Source: an uncultured delta proteobacterium (GTDB lineage Bacteria > Desulfobacterota > Desulfobacteria > Desulfobacterales > Desulfatirhabdiaceae). Taken from it: a stretch of 64,000 nucleotides of DNA. Numbering within the stretch: the first letter of the stretch is position 1; each line of letters starts with the position of its first letter. Made by a program: the position numbers and the translations under genes. The stretch lies in NCBI GenBank assembly GCA_963789395.1, contig CAWBKP010000020.1:1-64000 (forward strand), in the 5' to 3' direction. The notes beneath the pieces are model-generated. The model had not been told where the DNA came from and ran no database searches. It saw only the letters and a list, made by a program, of their open reading frames with translations. Below, piece after piece: positions 11,150 to 21,714 of this stretch.

Positions 11150-11539
11150 TGTTACCTCCTTCGTTAGATGGTAAAAAGGTGTTAGAAATAGAATAACTCC
11201 ATAAATACGGATTCCTGGCCACGGGGCGGCATCATTTGCCGTCTTCCCCGTTAAGAGATATCAACCCCCTTTCAATGCAAATATAAAAAGTGTCTATTAA
11301 TCTACCGCAGTAGTGGATGGGTCGTTTATGTTGATGCAAATACCGGTTTCGTCACGGGTTGATGTATCTTTCTGTTCATGACCGTTCCGGGGACAAGAAT
11401 TTAATAATTTACCAATACTAACGCCTATCTTAAGATGATCACTTTGTCAATAGATGTTCAAAACTAAATCTGAAAATATTCATTATACAGACTTGAGTCA
11501 GGGAGAATTTCAGCACGGCACCGGGGTTCAGGGAAAGGG

Positions 11540-12481
11540 TTATATCATTGTTTTAATCAGAACAATTCCCATCAGAAACAGCGGATAATAGCTTCCCCGG
11601 TTAAACAGCGTCATGGCATCGAGCCTGGACCGGGAAACCCGGAGCCGAAGCGCGGGCAGCAGCAGCAGGTAAATCCCGGCAGTCAGTGCGGCAACCGGAT
11701 AGATCGGCGGATAGTGGACCGGAGACAGCTGGAACACGGCCGTATTCAAGGGCAGGGTCAGCAGAATGCATCCCAGGATGATTATTCCCGACCGGTGGGT
11801 GCCCAGCCGGACAGGAATGGTTTTGGCGCCGGAGCGGCTGTCGGCCTCAAAATCGGTCCAGTCATTGGGAATATTCTGGCCGCCGATTTCCCAGAAAAAA
11901 AGACACAGGAAAAGGGTTATCAAAAATGCGGCTGACGGATGCGGGTCAACCGCAAATATCGCGGCCACCGCACCCAGCGTTTTTACCGCTCCGCTCACTA
12001 TGGTGCGGTAATGGCTGACGCGAAGCAGCAGGCAGTAGGTAGCTTCCAGCGCACATCCGGCTGCAAATATCAACAGGCATACCGGATTTAACAGATAGGC
12101 TCCGATAACGGCCAGCGTCGCCCAGGAAACGGTCCAGGCCAGTCCAGCTCCAAACGGCAGCAACCCGCAGGCCATGGGGTGACGCACCAGAATGGCGTCC
12201 AGATCCCCTTCGGCCGGACAGATCCCGCCCTCTTGGGCTGCCAGTTTGTCCTGGCGATAATCCACGATGTCATTCAGGGCATACACTGCGGTATACCCGG
12301 CAAATGTGGTCAGCAGGCCCAGAATAATAATTGGAAAGGATGGAAAGCGGCCCAGCCAGATCAATGCCGCAAAAACCGGGGTTGCCATGTCGATCAGGCC
12401 ATGGGGCGTTCGGGACAGCGCAAGAAAGAGGTTTAAACGGTAAAAAAAACCGGGGTATTTATCGAGCCGCATCCGTGTCAT
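11540..12481 (-). CDS. UbiA-family prenyltransferase
   Basis: Multiple TM helices; Asp-rich motifs ALNDIVDYRQD and NDWTDFEAD...GAKTIPVRLG; likely start is MTRMR at 12481 because the upstream extension is repeat DNA. Confidence 0.85.
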   Translation of the reverse strand: MTRMRLDKYPGFFYRLNLFLALSRTPHGLIDMATPVFAALIWLGRFPSFPIIILGLLTTFAGYTAVYALNDIVDYRQDKLAAQEGGICPAEGDLDAILVRHPMACGLLPFGAGLAWTVSWATLAVIGAYLLNPVCLLIFAAGCALEATYCLLLRVSHYRTIVSGAVKTLGAVAAIFAVDPHPSAAFLITLFLCLFFWEIGGQNIPNDWTDFEADSRSGAKTIPVRLGTHRSGIIILGCILLTLPLNTAVFQLSPVHYPPIYPVAALTAGIYLLLLPALRLRVSRSRLDAMTLFNRGSYYPLFLMGIVLIKTMI

Positions 12482-12498
12482 GAAATTATCCCAGATGT

Positions 12499-12562
12499 TA
12501 AATTCGAATATCGAAATCCGAAATTCGAAACGCATTCAAAATTCCAAGCTCAGAATGACCAA
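12499..12562. repeat. Heptamer-repeat arm, same family as 1588-1708
   Basis: TAAATTCGAATATCGAAATCCGAAATTCGAAACGCATTCAAAATTCCAAGCTCAGAATGACCAA. Confidence 0.7.
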
Positions 12563-12750
12563 GCGTATGGGCAGTTTCCATACCTTTTTTCGCCGTGCAT
12601 TGCAAAACAAAATGATCGCGCAAAATCTTTCCGGGGTTCCTGAATTTTATAAATCAATTTGATATTTTCTCAAAATTGATTTAGACATTGTACCCTTATT
12701 ATATCCGATCACTCCCGGAAACGGGATTCCGATATTGCCTGGAGGAATTT

Positions 12751-14319
12751 ATGGTGGTGCCTTTGCACGACAATCTTTCAAGACTGGAGGAGATGCGCCG
12801 GGAGTCGATACAGGGCGGCGGAGAGGATCGTATTGCCGCCCAGCACCGGAGGGGAAAGCTTACCGCCCGCGAGCGGATTGATCTTCTGCTGGATGAAGGC
12901 TCTTTTGAGGAGTTTGATATTCTGAAGACCGGAAGGGGCGGTGCTCTGGGAGGAGACGGCGAGGGATCTTTGGACCGGTATCCCGGAGATGGTGTGGTAA
13001 CCGGCCATGGAACCATCGATGGCCGGGAGGTGTTTGTCTTCAGCCAGGACTTTACCGTTATCGGGGGCTCGCTGGGGGAGGCCCATTCCCAGAAAATCAG
13101 CAAAGTCATGGATCATGCGCTCCGGGTCGGCTCGCCCATCATCGGGCTGAACGATTCGGGCGGCGCCCGGATTCAGGAAGGGGTGGATGCCCTGGCGGCT
13201 TATGGGGAGATTTTCCATCGCAATGTCGAGGCCAGCGGCGTGGTCCCCCAGATTTCCTGCATTATGGGTCCGTGTGCGGGCGGTGCGGTTTACAGTCCGG
13301 CCATGACCGATTTTACCTTTATGGTGGAAAATTCCTCCAACATGTTCGTTACCGGCCCGAATGTCGTCAAAACCGTTATTCATCAGGATATCACCGCCGA
13401 GGAACTGGGAGGTGCCCAGGTTCACGGCACTGTCAGCGGCGTTGCCCATTTCGTGGTTCCAAACGATATTCTCTGTCTTCGGGAAGTGCGCAGGCTGATC
13501 AATTTTCTGCCTTCCAACAATCGACTGAAGTCCCCGTTTCTGGATTTGAGAGATCCGCCCGAACGTTCGGACCCGGCCCTCGATTATCTGGTGCCCCCGA
13601 ATCCCAATCAGACCTATGACATGAATATTCTGATTAACAGCATTCTGGACGGTGCGGAATTTCTCGAGATTCATGCGGGATTTGCCCGGAACATCATTTG
13701 CGGGTTTGGCAGAATGGGAGGGCAAACCATCGGTCTGGTGGCCAATCAACCCGCGGTCCTGGCCGGCGTCCTGGACAGCAATGCCTCCACAAAGGCAGCC
13801 CGGTTTGTCAGGTTCTGCGATACATTCAATATTCCGCTGATCTGCCTGGTGGATGTTCCGGGGTTCATGCCGGGTCCGGACCAGGAACACGGCGGAATCA
13901 TCCGGCACGGGGCCAAACTCCTGTATGCCTTTATCGAGGCCACGGTGCCGCGGATCACGGTGATTGTGAGGAAAGCTTACGGCGGCGCCTATCTGGTGAT
14001 GAATTCCAAGCATATCCATTGCGATATCAATTATGCCTGGCCGACGGCCGAAATTGCTGTCATGGGGTCCCGGGGAGCGGTTGAGGTCATTTATCGCAAG
14101 GAAATCCAGGAATCCAAAGATCCGGATGCCACCATGACCGAAAAAATGGAATATTACCGGAAAGCCTTTGTCAATCCGTTTCTGGCAGCCAAAAGGGGAT
14201 ACATCGATGATGTGATCTTCCCCAGAGACACGCGGCACCGGCTGATTCGGACCCTTCAGTTCCTGGAAAGCAAAAAGACCCGCCGGCCGGATCGCAAACA
14301 CGGCAATATCCCCCTGTGA
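12751..14319 (+). CDS. pccB: Acyl-CoA (propionyl-CoA-type) carboxylase, carboxyltransferase beta subunit
   Basis: [39 protein letters not shown] and KHGNIPL; ATG at 12751 after GGAGG. Confidence 0.88.
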   Translation: MVVPLHDNLSRLEEMRRESIQGGGEDRIAAQHRRGKLTARERIDLLLDEGSFEEFDILKTGRGGALGGDGEGSLDRYPGDGVVTGHGTIDGREVFVFSQDFTVIGGSLGEAHSQKISKVMDHALRVGSPIIGLNDSGGARIQEGVDALAAYGEIFHRNVEASGVVPQISCIMGPCAGGAVYSPAMTDFTFMVENSSNMFVTGPNVVKTVIHQDITAEELGGAQVHGTVSGVAHFVVPNDILCLREVRRLINFLPSNNRLKSPFLDLRDPPERSDPALDYLVPPNPNQTYDMNILINSILDGAEFLEIHAGFARNIICGFGRMGGQTIGLVANQPAVLAGVLDSNASTKAARFVRFCDTFNIPLICLVDVPGFMPGPDQEHGGIIRHGAKLLYAFIEATVPRITVIVRKAYGGAYLVMNSKHIHCDINYAWPTAEIAVMGSRGAVEVIYRKEIQESKDPDATMTEKMEYYRKAFVNPFLAAKRGYIDDVIFPRDTRHRLIRTLQFLESKKTRRPDRKHGNIPL

Positions 14320-14329
14320 GAGGTTGAAG

Positions 14330-16339
14330 ATGTTCAAGAAAATCCTGATTGCCAATCGTGGAGAAATCGCCGTCCGGATCATCCGGACCTGCAAGCGGAT
14401 GGGAATTCACACCGTTGCGGTCTATTCCGAGGCGGATTCCCGAAGCCTTCATGTCCAGGAAGCGGATGAGTCGGTGTTGATCGGAAAATCGCGTTCCACG
14501 GAATCTTACCTGGTTTCTGAGAAAATCATTGATGCGGCGCTGAAAACCGGTTGCCAGGCCATTCACCCCGGATACGGATTTTTGTCTGAAAACGCCGGTT
14601 TCTGCGAAAAAGTCTCCCTTTCCGGTATGGTGTTTATCGGTCCGCCGGCGGCCGCGATTGCAACCCTTGGGGATAAAATCGCCTCCAAGGCATTGGCCCT
14701 GAAATCCGGCGTTCCGGTTGTTCCCGGACATGTCGGGATGCTCTCCGGTCTGGAAGAAGCCCAAACCATTGCCGCTCAGATCGGATTTCCCGTTCTGTTG
14801 AAGCCCGCTGCCGGCGGGGGCGGAAAGGGGATGCGGATCGTATCCGGCAAGGCGGAGATGGAACCGGCGTTTTTAGCCTGCCAGGAAGAGACGCGGAAAG
14901 CCTTTGGGAACCCGCAGCTGTTTATCGAACGTTACATTGCCAATCCCCGGCATATCGAGATTCAAATTCTGGCCGACCGGTATGGAAACGTGATTCATCT
15001 TGGTGAAAGAGAGTGTTCCATTCAACGCCGGTATCAGAAGATCATTGAAGAAACCCCGTCTCCGGCAGTGGACCCGGCGCTTCGCCTGAAAATGGGAGCC
15101 ATGGCCTGCAATCTGGCCAAAGAAGCCGGCTATGCCAATGCCGGTACCGTTGAATTCATTCTGGATGAAGACCGGAACATGTATTTTCTGGAAATGAACA
15201 CCCGGCTTCAGGTGGAACATCCCGTAACAGAGCGGGTGACAGGGCTGGATATTGTCGAGCTCCAGTTAAAAATCGCCTACGGAGAAGTGCTTCCCATTCG
15301 CCAGGAAGATGTATCCTTTAACGGTGCGGCCATTGAAGCCCGCATCTGCGCCGAAGATCCGTCCCGGAATTTTCTGCCGGCAACCGGCATGATCACCCGG
15401 TATGCATCGCCCCGGGGAAGAAACATCCGGGTGGACAGCGGCATTGTGGCCGGAAGCGTCGTCAGTGTCTACTATGACTCCCTGCTGTCCAAAGTGATCA
15501 GTTGGGGAGAGACCCGCGAGGGCGCCCGCATGGCGCTTGTTAATGCCCTGAACGGATACCACGTTGAAGGGGTGATCACCAATGTCGATTTTGTCAACCT
15601 GATCCTGAATCATCCGGCGTTTGCTGCCGGAGAGCTGTCAACCCGGTTTATCGAGGATCATTTCGACAATGAAAAAACCAGGATTCCGCCGTCAACCGAA
15701 CGGCTCACCCAGATGGCCATTGCAACCACCCTCGTGTACCACAACCGGCAGAAGCTGGTAAGGGAATCTTTAAAGCCCATGGCTGCCCATGTCGGCAGAT
15801 CCGCAAAACCAAGAGACTGGTACCATTATATGGTCAAGGGCGAAGCGGATATTTTCGAGCTCCGGTTGCAGGGAAATTCTGACCTGCGAACCTGGACCAT
15901 CTGGGCCAATGGCAGTCAGTACCAGGTGATCACCCCGGAGCTGGAGTTTTACCGCAGACGCATCAAACTTAACATCAATGGTCAGTCCCAGATGTTCCGG
16001 CTCCAGTTCCGGGGCAATTTCATCTGGGCCGCCTTTTGCGGCATCACCCGGATTTTCGAGGTTTACAGCCCCCAGGAATGGGAACTGGCCCAATTCATGC
16101 CCAAAGTGCAGAAGCGGGTTCTGGATAATGTTCTGGAATGCCCCATGCCCGGTCTGGTTGTGGATATTCGCGTTCGAAAAGGGGACCGGATTTACCGCGG
16201 ACAGGAACTGGTCATCGTGGAGTCCATGAAAATGGAAAGCGGCGTGGCGTCACCCTGTGACGGCGAAGTGCTTGAAATTCTGATTGAAAAAGGCCAGGCC
16301 GTGGACACCGGCAACATCCTGATGCGCTTTAAACACTGA
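14330..16339 (+). CDS. pccA: Acyl-CoA carboxylase alpha subunit (biotin carboxylase plus biotin carrier)
   Basis: KILIANRGEIA, HPGYGFLSEN, GGGGKGMR, EMNTRLQVEH; biotinylation motif ESMKME. Confidence 0.88.
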   Translation: MFKKILIANRGEIAVRIIRTCKRMGIHTVAVYSEADSRSLHVQEADESVLIGKSRSTESYLVSEKIIDAALKTGCQAIHPGYGFLSENAGFCEKVSLSGMVFIGPPAAAIATLGDKIASKALALKSGVPVVPGHVGMLSGLEEAQTIAAQIGFPVLLKPAAGGGGKGMRIVSGKAEMEPAFLACQEETRKAFGNPQLFIERYIANPRHIEIQILADRYGNVIHLGERECSIQRRYQKIIEETPSPAVDPALRLKMGAMACNLAKEAGYANAGTVEFILDEDRNMYFLEMNTRLQVEHPVTERVTGLDIVELQLKIAYGEVLPIRQEDVSFNGAAIEARICAEDPSRNFLPATGMITRYASPRGRNIRVDSGIVAGSVVSVYYDSLLSKVISWGETREGARMALVNALNGYHVEGVITNVDFVNLILNHPAFAAGELSTRFIEDHFDNEKTRIPPSTERLTQMAIATTLVYHNRQKLVRESLKPMAAHVGRSAKPRDWYHYMVKGEADIFELRLQGNSDLRTWTIWANGSQYQVITPELEFYRRRIKLNINGQSQMFRLQFRGNFIWAAFCGITRIFEVYSPQEWELAQFMPKVQKRVLDNVLECPMPGLVVDIRVRKGDRIYRGQELVIVESMKMESGVASPCDGEVLEILIEKGQAVDTGNILMRFKH

Positions 16340-16378
16340 CGGGTTGGCCCGGAATCCAGTTTTGTCAAGCTGTCATGC

Positions 16379-16720
16379 TTAGCGGCTGGATGCCATCTTG
16401 ATACCGTCTTCCAGTGTCGGCAGAATCGGCAGGAAGGAATCGAATCCTGCGATTTCAAATACTTCCTTAACATAATCCGCCATTGCGCATAAAATAATCT
16501 GGCCCTCTTCGGGCTTGAGTTTTTTTGCGGTCTTAACGACAACCCTCAGTCCCGCGCTCGTGATATAATCCAGCTTCTGACAATCCAGAATGATATAGCG
16601 AGAACCGTTTTCCATCGCCTGAATAATGCGTTTGTCAAATTCCGGCGAAGAACCCGAATCCAGTCGCCCCGCAAGGCTGAAGATCGTTATCTGATGCTGC
16701 TGCGTTTCGGTGATATCCAT
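16379..16720 (-). CDS. STAS-domain anti-sigma-factor antagonist
   Basis: GRLDS, LDYITSAGLRV and VKEVFEIAGF motifs. Confidence 0.88.
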   Translation of the reverse strand: MDITETQQHQITIFSLAGRLDSGSSPEFDKRIIQAMENGSRYIILDCQKLDYITSAGLRVVVKTAKKLKPEEGQIILCAMADYVKEVFEIAGFDSFLPILPTLEDGIKMASSR

Positions 16721-16759
16721 TTGATTCCCTTGTATCGATGGCATTGGTCTGTGATGGCT

Positions 16760-17287
16760 TTATATCAGGCTGACGCCGATTTTTTCTCTGCAGGCCCTGC
16801 AACCTTCAGATCGTTCGCTCAAAAAATGTTCTTCCCAGTGATGAATTTTTTCCACCACGGCATGGAAAATATTGGACATGAGCTGGGGATACTGATTCAT
16901 TGCATGAACAAATTTTTCACGGGAAAGAATCAGACAGGTTGCCGGGGTGGATGCCTTCAGGGAAAAAAGCCGCGGCGTATTCCCCAGAAGGGTTAATGCG
17001 CCGGAAAAATCTCCCGCCTTATAGCTGCGGATGATCACCTCGCTGCCGGCTTCCGAACGGATTAACGCTGCTTCTCCGGATATCAGATAAAACGCCTGGC
17101 CATCATCATCATCCTGGGTAAAGAGATAATCCCCGGCTTTGAAATTTTCCCGCGTACACAAGTATGCAAAAACCTTCAGGGTGTCAATGGGAAGCGCGGA
17201 GAAAAAATAGATTTCTCTTAAGATAGTGAGATTTTGTTGAAATTCACAGGTTGGGCATGATTCATTTTTTTCCGCCGACCAGCTCAT
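16760..17287 (-). CDS. Cyclic-nucleotide-binding domain protein
   Basis: FKAGDYLFTQDD...AFYLISG...GDFSG...PRLFSLKA cNMP fold; no HTH visible; start overlaps the stop of the ABC gene. Confidence 0.8.
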   Translation of the reverse strand: MSWSAEKNESCPTCEFQQNLTILREIYFFSALPIDTLKVFAYLCTRENFKAGDYLFTQDDDDGQAFYLISGEAALIRSEAGSEVIIRSYKAGDFSGALTLLGNTPRLFSLKASTPATCLILSREKFVHAMNQYPQLMSNIFHAVVEKIHHWEEHFLSERSEGCRACREKIGVSLI

Positions 17288-19763
17288 ACAGGGCTCCTTT
17301 TTTGGCAATGAGTTCATCGTAAGACCCCATTTCAATGATTTTACCCGCCTTCATTACCGCCACTTTGTCATAATTTTTAATGATATCCAGGCGATGCACA
17401 ACGGAAATCAGCGTGGTTTTTCCTTTCCAGCGGGTTTCCAGAAGATTTTGAATGCGGGTCTGGGATTTGTTGTCCAGAGCTGAAGTGGCTTCGTCCATGA
17501 TCATCATGCGGGGAGCTTTGAGAAAGGCTCTGGCAATGGCAAGCTTCTGGCGCTGACCGCCGGAGAGTTTGTCTCCTTTGCTGCCGACCTGGAACTGCAT
17601 GCCGAGATCAACGATGGTTTCGAGAAAATCCTCTTCGATAATCAGTTGAATGATGCTCTGGTTGATCATATCCAGGGCCTTGGGATTGGAGGTTTTGGTC
17701 TGTCCGAACAGGATATTGTTCATGATGGTCTGGTCATGGATATACTCCGAGAGCTGATAAAACGAAAATGCGTCCGGGGTGTCCCGTGAGATGCTTTCGT
17801 GGATCAACGCTCTTCCCTCCAGAATCAGGCGTTCCAGAATGGCCGGCAGTCCAACCAGTTTGTGTTTTCCGGGTTTAAAGCGAAAGGCCAGCTTCAACAG
17901 ATAATCCCGGTCCATGTCCGTAAGATGAAGCAGTTTGGTTCGTTTGAGCCGTTCAACCAGCAGAATGGCCTCATCCCATTCTTCCAGGGAAATCGGGCTT
18001 TGTTCGAAAAAGACGGGATCCGGGGAAAGACTGCCCAGAATATCGACGGTCTGCCTGGAGAGCTCGGCGCCCAGACTCAAAAGCGGCGTGGTCAAGTCCG
18101 CCTGACTCAACAATTCGAGAAAATAAGGGTTCTGGGGCAGGTTGTTCTCTGAAAACGCATCATCGTTGGGGGTTCCCAGAAACAGATTTTCAGCAACGCT
18201 GGAGAAATACAGATATTTGTTTTCATCAAAAAATTCCACATGATCCGAAAGCTTTCCGCCATATTCCCGGTGAAAATTTTCCCTTACTTTGATCAGCCGC
18301 TTAGCCAGATCGCCCTGTCGCTCCCTGTCCAGAATGGTGTTGAGGCCGAACCGCAGCACATCCACAAAAATACCCGTCTGGTGAAGAACGGCGATTTTAT
18401 CATCCAGGGATGGCGAGTCCCTGTCCCCGTCATGAATTGCCGCATGCGAATAGACCAGGTTTTCCTCGATGGAACCCGAGAATATGAACGGACTCTGGGA
18501 AACAAAACCCATGTTGGCTATCAGGTCTTTTTTGGTCAGGTCGGCAACTTCCTTTTCATCAAGAAGTATGTGGCCGCCCGAATACTTGTAGAGTTGACCG
18601 ATACAAAGCGCCAGCGTGCTTTTCCCGCTTCCGGAAAACCCCACAAGGGCCAGGGTTTCTCCGGGATTCAGGGATAAATTGATGTTGTCCAGCAGTTGAA
18701 TACCCGTATCCGTCACATAAGACAGGTCTTTGATATCGATGCTGCCGGAAAGCTGAAAGGCCTCGCGGCCTTCAGGTTCAAGGATGAATTCGGTCGGTGT
18801 GTCAAAATACTCCATGGTGCGTTTGTAGTTGACCGATGCATCCATATACACCTGATAGAATTCAATCAGTTCTTTCCAGGGGTCGTACAGTTTTTCCTGT
18901 GCGGACAGGAACGCCACCATGGCGCCCAACTCCAGTTTTCCCTGCATGGCCAGGTAGCCTCCCAGAATAAAAATAACAAAAGGCCCCAGGCTGACAAAAA
19001 AATTATTGGTGACTTTCACGCCTTGCTTGTAAAGCGTCCAGGTGATCCGGATCTTCCGCATTTCGTCCACAAGCCTGCCGAACCGTCTGTTTTCCATCCG
19101 GAACGTGCCGTTACCCTGGATTTCGTGAATTCCGGAAACAGCCTCCCCGATGAGGCTGGAAATGGTCCGGGTGCTGTCCACCCGTTTTTTGTTGGCGGTA
19201 TTGGCGCCGCGTTGCAGAAAGGGGATGATGAACAGGATAACGGGATAGAGGGCAAGGGAAATAATTGCCAGAAGCGGGTTCAAATATATCAGGTATCCGG
19301 CAAATGCCAGCAGCGTCATCAAATTGATGACCGGTGCGGATATGGCCATCCCGACAAAACTGCCGGCGGTTGCCAGCTCGGTAACCAGTGCGGAAACAAC
19401 CATGCCGGGCTGGGCTTTCCGGTAGAAATTCAGCGGCAGGGTCAGCAGGTGCGAATACAAGTCCTTTCGCATATTGGCCAGGACATTTTCGGAAATCCGG
19501 GTTTGAAGCAAGGTGATAAGATATTTCAGGCCGCTGGCCAGCAGCACCGATACCAGATAAATGCCGCAGTAGATCAGGAGAAGATCCATCTTTCTCAGTT
19601 TGATGGCTTCGTTGACAATCCGCTTTTGCATTTCGAGGGGAATCACCCTTGCAACAACGGTAACGGCGATCAACACAACCAGCGCGGCCTGAAGTTTGCC
19701 GTTTCCGGGCAGAACCCATGAAAAAAGAGACCGTTTAACGATCGGAATGTGTTCCTTTTCCAT
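17262..19763 (-). CDS. Fused ABC exporter (permease plus ATPase) with a large insertion in the nucleotide-binding domain
   Basis: N-terminal TM domain; Walker A GFSGSGKST; signature LSGGQRQK; Walker B MMIMDEATSALD. Confidence 0.9.
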   Translation of the reverse strand: MEKEHIPIVKRSLFSWVLPGNGKLQAALVVLIAVTVVARVIPLEMQKRIVNEAIKLRKMDLLLIYCGIYLVSVLLASGLKYLITLLQTRISENVLANMRKDLYSHLLTLPLNFYRKAQPGMVVSALVTELATAGSFVGMAISAPVINLMTLLAFAGYLIYLNPLLAIISLALYPVILFIIPFLQRGANTANKKRVDSTRTISSLIGEAVSGIHEIQGNGTFRMENRRFGRLVDEMRKIRITWTLYKQGVKVTNNFFVSLGPFVIFILGGYLAMQGKLELGAMVAFLSAQEKLYDPWKELIEFYQVYMDASVNYKRTMEYFDTPTEFILEPEGREAFQLSGSIDIKDLSYVTDTGIQLLDNINLSLNPGETLALVGFSGSGKSTLALCIGQLYKYSGGHILLDEKEVADLTKKDLIANMGFVSQSPFIFSGSIEENLVYSHAAIHDGDRDSPSLDDKIAVLHQTGIFVDVLRFGLNTILDRERQGDLAKRLIKVRENFHREYGGKLSDHVEFFDENKYLYFSSVAENLFLGTPNDDAFSENNLPQNPYFLELLSQADLTTPLLSLGAELSRQTVDILGSLSPDPVFFEQSPISLEEWDEAILLVERLKRTKLLHLTDMDRDYLLKLAFRFKPGKHKLVGLPAILERLILEGRALIHESISRDTPDAFSFYQLSEYIHDQTIMNNILFGQTKTSNPKALDMINQSIIQLIIEEDFLETIVDLGMQFQVGSKGDKLSGGQRQKLAIARAFLKAPRMMIMDEATSALDNKSQTRIQNLLETRWKGKTTLISVVHRLDIIKNYDKVAVMKAGKIIEMGSYDELIAKKGALYELVGGKK

Positions 19764-20110
19764 AACAGCGTTTCCCTTTTACGGGTTGAAGGACGGGTTA
19801 AAAATGGAAAGACTGTTTCGAACAGGCATCTGCCTGCGGCCGGATCATGAAGCAATATAAAAACAGGATCATTGCGGCACAATAAGTGCTTTTTCCGGCA
19901 ATGTCCAGAGTATTTCGAAATCGATTGTTTCTGCAATTCTATAAAAAAGACACAGGAATGTGTCAAGCCTGAAAAGAAATGCTCGTCGTTAATTTTGCTT
20001 GACTTCACTTGCAAGGTTTATTAAATTCGTAACCTTTATGTACGTAATCATGGAACACTTCCATGCGATAACCCGTTAACCCAACAATTATTGAAAGGAG
20101 AAGGTAACAC

Positions 20111-21382
20111 ATGTCAGAATTACTCCCACCTCATGGCGGAAAAGGCTTGACCTGCTGTTTGCTCGAAGGCGCAGAACTGGCAGCCGAACTGAAAAAAGCA
20201 CAGGGCCTTAAAAAAATCGACGTCAGTCCCCGTGAAAAAGGTGACCTGATCATGATGGGCATCGGCGGATTCAGCCCCCTGACCGGTTTTATGACCAAAG
20301 CCGACTGGAAAGGCGTTTGCGATAATTATCTTCTGGCGGACGGCACTTTCTGGCCCATTCCGGTAACCATGTCCGCATCCAAGGAAGAGGCTGCCGCAAT
20401 CGCCATCGGCGAAGAGATCGCACTGTTTGATCCGGAACGCAAAGAATTCATGGCCACCATGAAGGTCACTGAAAAATTCGAGATGACCGATGCGGACAAG
20501 AAATTTGAATGCGAAAAAGTGTACATGGGCGAAGGCACCAAAACCGCCGAAGATTTCTGGAAAATCGCCAAAGATGATCACCCCGGTGTTCAGATGGTGA
20601 TGGGGCAGAAGGCTGTCAACCTGGCCGGTCCGGTAAAAGTGCTCAGCGAAGCCGAATACCCCACCAAGTATGCCGGCGTTTACATGAGACCGGCTGAATC
20701 CAGAAAGATTTTTACCGAAAGAGGCTGGCACGAAGTGGCTGCCCTTCAGCTGCGCAACCCCATGCACCGGTCCCATGAATATCTGTGCAAAATTGCTGTC
20801 GAAGTCTGCGACGGCGTATTCATCCACTCTCTGGTCGGCAACCTGAAACCCGGCGACATTCCCGCGGAAGTCCGCGTAAAATGTATCGATGTTCTGGTCA
20901 AGAATTATTTTGTGGAAGACAAAGTCGTTCAGGGCGGGTATCCGCTGGATATGCGCTATGCCGGCCCCCGAGAAGCCCTGCTTCACGCCACCTTCCGCCA
21001 GAACTATGGCTGCTCGCGCATGATCATCGGCCGCGACCACGCCGGCGTGGGTGATTTCTACGGCATGTTCGAAGCCCAGACCATTTTTGACAAGATTCCC
21101 AAACCGGCCGGCGGAAAAGCGCTGCTTTGCACGCCGCTCAAAATCGACTGGACGTTCTACTGCTATAAATGCGACGGCATGGCATCCCTCAGAACCTGCC
21201 CGCACAGCAAGGCAGACCGCGTTCTTTTAAGCGGTACCGCACTGCGCAAGGGTCTTTCCGAAGGCACGCCGATTGCGGATCATTTCGGCCGTGATGAAGT
21301 CCTTGCCATTCTCAAGGAATACTATGCAGGTCTTGATGAAAAAGTCGAGGTCAAGCTGCACGGCGCTGCAACGGGTAAATAA
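20111..21382 (+). CDS. sat: Sulfate adenylyltransferase (dissimilatory)
   Basis: [35 protein letters not shown] and [18 protein letters not shown]. Confidence 0.97.
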   Translation: MSELLPPHGGKGLTCCLLEGAELAAELKKAQGLKKIDVSPREKGDLIMMGIGGFSPLTGFMTKADWKGVCDNYLLADGTFWPIPVTMSASKEEAAAIAIGEEIALFDPERKEFMATMKVTEKFEMTDADKKFECEKVYMGEGTKTAEDFWKIAKDDHPGVQMVMGQKAVNLAGPVKVLSEAEYPTKYAGVYMRPAESRKIFTERGWHEVAALQLRNPMHRSHEYLCKIAVEVCDGVFIHSLVGNLKPGDIPAEVRVKCIDVLVKNYFVEDKVVQGGYPLDMRYAGPREALLHATFRQNYGCSRMIIGRDHAGVGDFYGMFEAQTIFDKIPKPAGGKALLCTPLKIDWTFYCYKCDGMASLRTCPHSKADRVLLSGTALRKGLSEGTPIADHFGRDEVLAILKEYYAGLDEKVEVKLHGAATGK

Positions 21383-21420
21383 TTATCCCGGTTTCGCCTG
21401 ATTAAAAAGTCTGATTGAAG

Positions 21421-21456
21421 AAAAGGAGATGCTTTTAAAAAGCATCTCCTTTTTTA
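21421..21456 (+). terminator. Intrinsic (bidirectional) terminator after sat
   Basis: AAAAGGAGATGCTTT / AAAGCATCTCCTTTT stem followed by a T-run. Confidence 0.85.
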
Positions 21457-21459
21457 TTG

Positions 21460-21709
21460 GTAACAACCCAGGTATACAGAATTCAGGAGTCAGAATGTCA
21501 GAATGGTCCGCTTGTAAGCTTGGGGCAATTTACCGACTTCTTCAATCAAGCGGGTTGGCTTAGAAACATCGCCATAAGCAAGACCATGGACAGGTATCAA
21601 ATAGCGTCTCGATGCTTCGAGGGGCCTTTGGGCGATATTGAAAAAACTGATTTGCTGGATACCTCATTCTGGCTACTGAATTCTGACTCCTGAATACCTG
21701 AGTAGTTAC
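21460..21709 (-). mobile_element. Inverted-repeat-bounded element with a deleted four-helix-bundle (IVP/TIGR02436-like) gene remnant
   Basis: Ends GTAACAACCCAGGTAT and ATACCTGAGTAGTTAC; 7-mer repeats inside both ends; minus strand reads SFFNIAQRPLEASRRYLIPVHGLAYGDVSKPTRLIEEVGKLPQAYKRTIL; second copy at 55285-55427. Confidence 0.75.
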
Positions 21710-21714
21710 TTCTA

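Noticed and set aside
20025..20048. Rex operator upstream of sat (TTCGTAACCTTTATGTACGTAA)
   Set aside because: Spacing and symmetry do not fit the TTGTGAA-N4-TTCACAA consensus well enough to call.
21457..21693. 78 aa plus-strand ORF after sat
   Set aside because: It spans the repeat element; the protein-like signal is on the opposite strand.
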